From the NCBI GenBank assembly GCA_951406725.2, contig OX597820.1:70122001-70186000 (forward strand): a stretch of 64,000 nt of DNA, read 5' to 3'. This stretch comes from Octopus vulgaris. Lineage: Eukaryota. The number at the start of each line of letters is the position of its first letter. The first letter of the stretch is position 1. Below the pieces are notes generated by a model, which was given only the letters and a program-made list of their open reading frames with translations, had not been told where the DNA came from and made no database searches. Position numbers and translations under genes: made by a program. Positions 54,988 through 64,000 of this stretch are shown in pieces.

Positions 54988-56453
54988 GTAGGTTATTACC
55001 TTAACTTTTTACTCTTTCCATGTCTACTCCATTATTAAACCACAGTAATTCTCTCTCCCTCAGAAGTCTTTTCCCTTCACTGTTTATCTAAGACAGAACC
55101 ACACTGTTCATTATCAGAAACTACCAACAAGCTAGATAACAATTTGAATTATTACTGAAATGTGTTATGTTCAGGAGTAAATAGGACAGCAGATGTAATT
55201 TATTGACTACAAGCTATGTTTGTATTCATATTTTCAACACTGATTTTTTTAGAAAGCATGATCGGAATTTCTCGACTGTCTTTAAAGAATAAAGACTCGA
55301 TGTCCGATAATTGTCTGTTTCGCCAGAACAGTTTATGATAATTTACAGTTTCTATCACTGAGATAAGATTCACGCTGGAATATTCAGCATCTTCTTCCTC
55401 CATCTCCGTATTCCTTAAAATCACTAAAGATAAAATAATGCAATGAGGATATGTAAATAGTTCTTATTTTATTAAACAAATATGCAAAATTCATGCATGT
55501 TTTGTTTATACAACACAGCTATAATTATATGGTGATCGATTGGCAGAATTGGTAAAGCTTTGGACAAGAATTTCTGCAGCATATTTATGGCTCTTTGCAT
55601 TCTGAGTTCAAGTCCCAGCGAGTTCAACATTGTTTTGCATGCATGCGAAGCCGATAAGAAAAGTACTTCTAATTGTCGAAGCAATGAGGAAATTATTTAG
55701 CGAGGAGGTTACGGATTTTTTCCGGCTCTTTATATTTGAGAATACTTGCGATGACTTACGTGCTAATATTTATTGACATTGCTGTTTCCGTTGGACAACG
55801 TCGATGTCATGGAGAGAAGGTACATTTTGAAAAGACTAATACCGGCATTACATTCAGAAAAAAAAGACCTCCAGCACATGATCTGAAGGAACTTTTCAGA
55901 TGTAGAGATATGGCCAACCTGACGGACAGAGATGTTAGCTAATATTTAAATCGTATAAAGCGGCGATCTAGGAGAAACGTTAGCACGCCAGGCGAAATGC
56001 TTAGCGGTATTTCGTCTGTCTTTACGTTCTGAGTTCAAATTACGTCGAGGTCGACTTTGCCTTTCATCCTTTCGGAGTCGATAAATTAAGTACCAGTTAC
56101 GCACTGGGATCGATATAATCGACTTAATCCGTTTGTCTGTCCTTGTTTATCCTCTCTGTGTTTAACCCCTTGTGGGTAGCAAAGAAATAGGTATTTCGTC
56201 TGCGGCTACGTTCTGAGTTCAAATTCCGCCGAGGTCGACTTTGCCTTTCACACACGCATACACACAAACATATTTATCCGCTAATTTGCAAGAGAACAAC
56301 GTTTGATTAAAATAGCGATTTACGTAACATATTTAATGTGGTATTCGTCCTGATGAAGCGTCTCGAGCGCTGGAAACGAGCTGTGGATCGGAACAAACAA
56401 TAATCCGATGGAGCTAGGTCCGGACTTCAAGATGGGTGAGGAATCAGTTATAC

Positions 56454-56556
<103 letters not shown>

Positions 56557-56854
56557 AAAGTTTACGAAAATAAACAAAAGACGAAGGTAGGTGGAGTACA
56601 AACAAACAAATCTATTAGTATAGCGCTCAGGAATAGAAATAGAAAAAATTTTACGTTTCGAGCCTACGCCCTTCAACAGAAAGATACACAGAAAAAAAAC
56701 AAGGAGAGAAAATAATGCGTGTAGGAGCTAACGATCTATCATGGCGTCCTGACCATATATATATAAATATATATATATATACAAATTTTTGTTTCGTGAT
56801 GAGATAAAAAAAAAACAAGGGTGTGTAGATTTTAGAACATTTATAGATAGAAGG

Positions 56855-56900
56855 TCTTACAGCTGTTTCCAGGATATTTATTATATCCCTTCATCGGAGA
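56855..56900 (-). ncRNA. Minimal hammerhead-like motif (U4C core)
   Basis: Minus strand reads TCT-CCGATGA-A-GGGATAT-AATAA-ATATCCT-G-GAAAC-AGCT-GTA-AGA, with palindromic ACAGCTGT stem III. Confidence 0.55.
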
Positions 56901-57148
56901 TGGTGTGAGTGGATGGTTAAGAAATAGTTGATTCAGATATGATATAAAATAGAGAGTGAGGTTGGAGGAAAATAAAAGAAAATAGATGTGAGATATGTAG
57001 GGTATTGCATTTATAGATCCATTTTTTAGGCAGAATGGTATACATATAAGATTCCAATACTTTGTGAGTAAAATCCAATAGTATTTAAAGCACTTATTCA
57101 GCATTACCTGAGACATTTGGGTCTCAATCACACCATTTGCTCTCTCTA

Positions 57149-57236
<88 letters not shown>

Positions 57237-58127
57237 GGAGTAAACACATAAATGTGAAACAAGGTGGAAAAAAGAGTACTCAAATACCAGTAGGTAGAGT
57301 AATAAGCTTTATTTAAAGCAGCAGAAAATTCAACAAAACCTGTTACTCTGAGTTTCACGTTCCCGTGAAATATGTATATATATATATACACACACACACA
57401 CACATATATATATATATGTAAATATATATGTATGTATGTATATATATATGTATGTATGTATATATTTATGTGTATATGTATATGTATGTATATATGAGTT
57501 TATATATGTGTGTGTATGTATATGTATGTAAATATACATATAGCGCTAATACATGATCTAAGTTATATGATATATAAAAAATGTAATATACAAATAAATA
57601 TCTGTAAATATAAACCATCCGATTTTCTGAATACCTCATTTCTTCTAATATATAAATATATATATATATATGTATATATGTATACATATATATGTGTGTG
57701 TATGTGTATGTGTGCATGTGTGTATACATGAAGTTGAAAATACGCAAGGTGATGCTCCAGCTTGGTCGCTGTCAAATGACTGAAACAAGCAAAAGAATGG
57801 CTAAACAAAATAATAGCTGTTCATGCGGCTACTGGAAGCTATCAAAAAACTTAAAATAGTCCTAAATTCGGACGCGACTTTCACCTTTCACAGCTATTGT
57901 TCTGAGTGTAGTCATATGACATGTCTACATAGCAAAGGCTTCGACCTGACTTTGATGCATGGCTCTCCCATGACTTTAACACGCAGGCGCAAAAGAAAAC
58001 TATCCGAAAGCTTTCTTACAAAACCATGTGACCATCCTCAACTAATCAATCTGGATTACCTCATATGCGATCTGATCCACATTCAAACTATAATAACGAA
58101 CGATATTTTAGAACGACCAGGAATATG

Positions 58128-58167
<40 letters not shown>

Positions 58168-58399
58168 TTTGTGTGTGTGTGTGTGTGTGTATGTGTGTAT
58201 TGTATTCTTTAAGCATTTTCAACTTCATTTTTTTGTTTTTTGCTAATACTTGTTTTGATTAGTAACGATGTATATATGTATGTATGTATATGTATGTATG
58301 TGTGTTTGTGTGTGTTTATGTGTGTGTGTGTATGTATTTGTGTGTGCATACTTACATGAGTGCATGTTTTGATTTATATATGCATGTAGTGTATATATA

Positions 58400-58434
<35 letters not shown>

Positions 58435-58474
58435 GGAGATGAAGGGAGGGAGAGAGGAGTAAAGAGACAGCGAC

Positions 58475-58551
<77 letters not shown>

Positions 58552-58580
58552 GAGAAAGAGAGAGAGAGAGAGAAAGACAG

Positions 58581-58632
<52 letters not shown>

Positions 58633-60579
58633 AAAGATGGATGACTAGATAGATAGACTGATCCACTGTAACGCACATTTATTTTATAGAACTGTTCCTT
58701 GGAATCTACAGAGGGAATGTATTCTGCAAAAAGTCCTACAGGAATTCACAAAGTAAAATTAATATTTTCAGAAACATGCTTTTTCTATCAGCTGCTTCAA
58801 GAATTTATGTTTGATTTCTTTTTATTATTTCCATTCTATATGAAATCTTTCCCATCGTTTCGGAAATCCCTATAGCCGGAAAAAAATTAAATGATTTTGT
58901 GAATCTCATGAGGGGAGAAAAACTGAAGACCGTCTTATCATATTAAGCTGTACTCTTCTTTTCCGATTGAAGCTACCACAAGAAATTTTGTGCTGTGTCT
59001 CCAGCGTATTGATAAAACAGTCACTTAAGAAAATATCTTCATATGCTATTGAAGACCGTATTCCAGCTTGGCCACAGTCTAGTGAGCGAAACTAGTACAC
59101 TTTGATATACAGTGCTTCAAGAGTCATTCCTGAAGAAAATCTGGACAAAACGTATGAAGTGAAAGAGAGCAAGCGGCGGTCAAATACGTGTATGAACTGA
59201 CAACATCAAAGGATGGATTGGAAATATGTGTCTGGGTGATTGCATGCTTGCAGCACAATACAAAAGGAACTGGAGAGTTTTAAGATATTTAAGATGCGCT
59301 CTGAAATAAAGGCACAATACATCGATTTATATCAACTCAAAACATAAAACATATAGACACCCATTGGTTAGATCTAATCTTATTTCTTTATTGCCCACAA
59401 GGGGCTAACATAGAGAGGACAAACAAGGACAGACAAAGGGATTAAGTCGACTACAACGACCCCAGTGCGTGACTAGTACTTAATTTATCGACCCCGAAAT
59501 GATGAAAGGCAAAGTCGACCACGGCGGAATTTGAACTCAGAACGTAGCGGCAGACAAAATACCTATTTCTTTACTACCCACAAGGGGCTAAACACAGAGA
59601 GGACAGACAAACGGATTAAGTCGATTATATCGATCCCAGTGCGTAACTGGTACTTTATTTATCAACCCTGGACGAAATGCCGCTAAGCATATTGCCTGGC
59701 GCGCTAGCGATTCTGCCAGCTCGCTGCCTTATGTGGAGTCGATAATGATAAAGTGCCAGTTTAATACTAGGGTCGATGGTATCGCCTGCTACTCCTCCGC
59801 TGAAAATTGCTGGCCTCTGCCTAAATTAGAAACCATTATTTAGAGAAATGTCGGCTATGAATCGATAAAGCATCGGGAAAAATAACTTGTGGTATTCGTT
59901 CAGATTCTTACGACCTGAGATCAAACCCTTTTAGAGACAATTTTACTGCTCATCCTTCCAGCGTCGATAAAATAAAGTGCCAGTCAATAACTGGGTCGAT
60001 CTGACCGGCTAATACCCCTCCCAATATGTGTTTTCATGAACCTTTGAAAGAAATGAATATTTAGGGATGTGCTTTTGTTGTTATTCATTTTCTTTTATAT
60101 TACAGTTCTTTTGCAAATAACGAAATATGCTCACCTTCAGACGAATGGTAATTTTGTTTCTTTTCTTTAATACATTCATCATTTCTTCAATTAGATAAGT
60201 AATTGATAAACAATAATACATGTTATTATACATACTTATACTACATTACTGACTGCTACTATTGCACACAGGCTTTAAAACATAGACTGCTAAACGTGAG
60301 AAAAATGAAACATTTATACACATTGATAGACTTCACTCATAAACCAGGCTTTCCTTTATAGTTTAATATATGCAGAGAACTGATTGAAGGAACATACAGC
60401 ATTCCAGATTTTGATAATTAATAATTACTTTTATTGAATAAGTAGTTAACGAGCTCACTATGACTAGTCTGAATTATAGATGTTGAGCCTCAGATTAATC
60501 TTAATGAATCTGCATCTCAGACTTTAACGCTTTATATTTGTGATAATCTTTTTCTAAGGCAGGATGAGGTATGTACTTT

Positions 60580-60740
60580 GTGTTAGTTGTTGCTGTTATT
60601 GTGGTTGTTATTGTTGTTGCGGTTGTTATTGCTGCTGCTAATGTTGTGGTTGCTACTGATGTTGCCAATGTTGTTGTGGTGGTTATTGCTGTTGCTAATG
60701 CTGTTGCTGATGTTGTTGCGGTTGCTATTGCTGTCGCTAA

Positions 60741-60777
<37 letters not shown>

Positions 60778-61180
60778 GATGATAATGTTACTAATGTTGT
60801 AGTGGCTGTTATTGCTGTTGCTAATGCCGCGGTTGCTATTGTTGTTGCTAATGCGTTTGTGCATGCTGTTGTTGCTAATGTTGTTGTGGTTGCTATTGGT
60901 GTTGCTAATGTTGCTGTGGTGGTTATTGCTGTTGTTAATGTTGCTGTGGTTGCTTTTGTAGCTAATGCTGTCGTGGTTGCTATTGTCGGCAATGTTGTGG
61001 TAGTGATTGTTGTTGCTAATATTGTCGTGATTGCTTTTGTTGTTGCTAAAGTTGATGCGATTTTTATTGTTGTTTCTAATCTTATTGTGGTTGTTATTGT
61101 TTCTAATGCTACGGCTGCTATTATGGTTGCTAATATCTGTGGGATTGCTACTATCGTTATGGGTGTTATTGTTGTTCTGA
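60580..61180. repeat. Degenerate (GTT/GCT)n-derived minisatellite
   Basis: Repeated units of the type GTTGCTAATGTTGTTGTGGTTGCTATT with triplet periodicity. Confidence 0.8.
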
Positions 61181-61341
61181 TCTCTCGATCATTCTGGCAA
61201 TATCGCATTCATTTTTGTCACACTAAGAACAACACCGTACGTTGCGATTTGAGCAGATTTGGCTACGGTTTTAGCATGTCTAGTGACCCCTCCCCCCATC
61301 CTATAATTCAACTTACTGACTTCAATTTTGAGGATTTGGTC

Positions 61342-61441
61342 NNNNNNNNNNNNNNNNNNNNNNNNNNNNNNNNNNNNNNNNNNNNNNNNNNNNNNNNNNN
61401 NNNNNNNNNNNNNNNNNNNNNNNNNNNNNNNNNNNNNNNNN
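61342..61441. other. Assembly gap (100 N)
   Basis: Run of 100 n. Confidence 0.99.
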
Positions 61442-62701
61442 CTATCGGAACACCAACACAAATTAGACTAAACAAGGAAACATTCTTCATTGAAAAATAC
61501 AAGCCCAAACTTAACCATTCCAACATACTTATACAGAGAAATTCACTCCAAAAGAAAGGCAAGAAATTTTAAGCGATTATCTCCCTTACACCGGAAGAAA
61601 TCACTTATTACCTCCCCTTATCTGGAACTCCTCTCAACGTAAACATAACGATGTAAGAAATTTGAAAAGCTGAACGCGAAACCGGTCATTTCTTCAAAAA
61701 CTATGTCATTGTATGAAAAAAATTTATAACATTCTTCAGACATATTGACTTAAATATATATTTTTTAACCTTTTAAAACAAGCCTTCTGTAGTTTTTTCA
61801 CTTTTTACTATTTTCTATATATATATATATATTTAATACTTCACTCATGCAATAGTTGATGGCATACAAGACGCAATCTTTTTACAAGAAAAAAGATTTT
61901 TTTAATTGGAGTCCTGTATGCGAAACTGGTTCTCCTATAACCTTTAAATTATTAAAATCATTTTCCCGAATTTGTACTGCTACAATCGGAGCGCGTCTTA
62001 TAATTTAGAGCGTCTTTTATGTCATTAAATTTGGTTATTTAAGCATTTGGAAACATTTTAGAATGACAGAGAGTTTGATGGAATTTCTGTATATTACATG
62101 AATGTTTCTCTTTTTTATTTTCCTTCTGCAGATTGATGTCATTGGTCAATCGATGTATAACTTAATTCATCCAGATGATAACCAAGTATTCTCGGAACAA
62201 TTCCGCATAACTGATGTAAAAGGCTTGTACTATATATGAAATATATCTTTCGCTGTTCCTTAAATTGTCTTCTCTCTTAGTTTTGATTTAAAAATAAAAT
62301 GACACCCTATTACCTCGTCTTCTATAATTTCGTATCTTTAATACCCCAAATTGTAACATTATTACACAGAAACTAAGGTAGCGAGCTGGCAGAAACGTTA
62401 GCACGCCGGGCGAAAAGCGTAGCTGTATTTCGTCTGCCGTTACATTCTGAGTTCAAATTCCGCCGATGTCGACTTTGCCTTTCATCCCTTCGGGGTCGAT
62501 TAAATAAATACCAGTTACGCACTGGGGTCGATATAATCGACTTAATCCGTTTGCCTGTCCTTGTTTGTCCTCTCTGTGTCTAGCCCCTTGTGGGTAGTAA
62601 AGAAATAGGTATTTTGTCTGCCGCTATGTTCTGAGTTCAAATTCCGCCGAGGTCGAACTTGCCTTTCATCCTTTCGGGGTCGATTATATAAGTACCAGTT
62701 A

Positions 62702-62752
<51 letters not shown>

Positions 62753-64000
62753 GACGGGCCTCTTTCAGTTTCCGTCTACCAAACCACTCAAAAGGCTTCG
62801 GCCGGCCCGAGGCTGCAGTAGAAGACATTTACAGAAGGTACCACGCAGTAGGACTAAACCTGGAATTATGTGGTTGGGAAGTAGCTTCTTACCACCCACC
62901 CACTCGTGTGCCTATGTGGACAAATATACGTGTATGGAGACAAATATGAGGGTCTGTAAGTATACATAGACTTACTGTTTTCGGGAACGATAAGTACCAG
63001 TTGAATACTGGGGTAGATTTAATCGATTAACTCCCCGCCACCGGAAATTGCTTACCTTGCACCAAAATTTGAAATCAATTATGACAGAAATGTTATCCCT
63101 GATAGTGACCATTCGGCTGAATATATCTATTTGACTTTACGAGATTGATACGATTTCAAACGAATTTTCAATCCCTTATCGGTGTCCAAAATAATTGTTT
63201 GTAAAGTAATCACAATATATATATATATTTTTCTTTTTAGATATAGCTCACCTACAAACCCACAAAGAGTTTACGATTCGATTGAACAAGAAAAATAAGT
63301 TCCATCCAACATCATACGAAACATTTCATGCCATGGGTCAAATTAAATATTGTAAAACTGAAAGGAAAATCGAAATGAAAGGTAAATATTTTCAAAACCA
63401 GTGTACGAAAATGTGGCAATATTAAATTAAAATAGGCGAGCTGGCAGAATCATTAGCATATCGGGCAAAATACTGAGCGGTATTTCGTCCTTTAGGTTCT
63501 GCATTCAAATTCCACCGAAGTCAATTTGTGCCTTTCATCATTTTGGGTTCGATAAAATACGTACCAGCTGAACACTCGAGGGTGTTGAAATTGACTTTCC
63601 TCTTTCCTTGAAATTACTGGCCTTGTACCAGAATTTGAAAGCAATGAATTGCGTTAAAAACCTTTGGAAGGTAAAACGGTTTAAAAGTACCCGCATCTTC
63701 CGTATGTGGATTCAAGTCCAGCAGGTAGTCTTCGATCTTTTAATACCCCAAGGAGTTTTTTAAGCCAATATATTACGTACCATTATTAACCACTTTGAGA
63801 CTCATCCTAAAAATATTTTCGTGATACGTTTTGTTAAGAAAGCAGTTCTTTATTTCATATTTAATCAGAAATTTTCTTTGTCATAATTAGTTCTGCGCGT
63901 TCATTTTGTTTTGCCCTCATGTCTGGTTTGATTGAGTTGAACAATGATCGCAGACAGTCAGTCACTAAGTATCACATGCTTTCCCCTACCCAAAACTATA
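61442..64000 (+). repeat. Near-identical direct copy of 51499-54056, including copies of two PAS-A exons (62132-62222, 63241-63381)
   Basis: Offset about 9943 nt. Only a few SNPs/indels seen (e.g. tcagttatg/tcaattatg, ggcaatgtta/ggcaatatta, agcacatcg/agcatatcg, microsatellite lengths). Confidence 0.95.

Noticed and set aside
59040-59300. Possible RTE-type LINE C-terminal remnant
   Set aside because: Only a faint motif resemblance with many disruptions; not enough to annotate.
60501-61572. Long Thr/Ala-rich (-) and Val/Ala-rich (+) ORFs resembling a mucin or membrane protein
   Set aside because: Stop-free only because of a GTT/GCT triplet minisatellite. No convincing splice sites or domain, and the + ORF runs through the N gap.

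Overview
Eukaryotic (animal) genomic DNA that is AT-rich and dense in microsatellites and SINEs. The repeat landscape resembles an octopus/cephalopod genome (inference). Two host genes are on the + strand. (1) A single-coding-exon DUF229 / alkaline-phosphatase-superfamily membrane protein at 6017-7953, split by two 1-nt A insertions. (2) A multi-exon bHLH-PAS transcription factor that the ORF track misses. I reconstructed seven exons by hand (28930-54987); they give about 261 aa covering bHLH, PAS-A and the start of PAS-B, closest in motif to Methoprene-tolerant (Met/Gce) and less like Clock/NPAS2. The rest is transposon-derived: Tc1/mariner relics, Helitron/HINE-like elements, R4/Dong-like LINE 3' ends in (AAT)n, three tRNA-derived SINE families and many Penelope-like element (PLE) remnants. 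The most striking non-coding signal is a set of about 10 minimal hammerhead-ribozyme motifs with non-canonical cores (U3-A8 covariant, A6U, U4C). Several sit in long inverted repeats, and one lies downstream of a tRNA-like Pol III head. The segment 61442-64000, after a 100-N gap, is a near-identical copy of 51499-54056 and is probably an uncollapsed haplotype.
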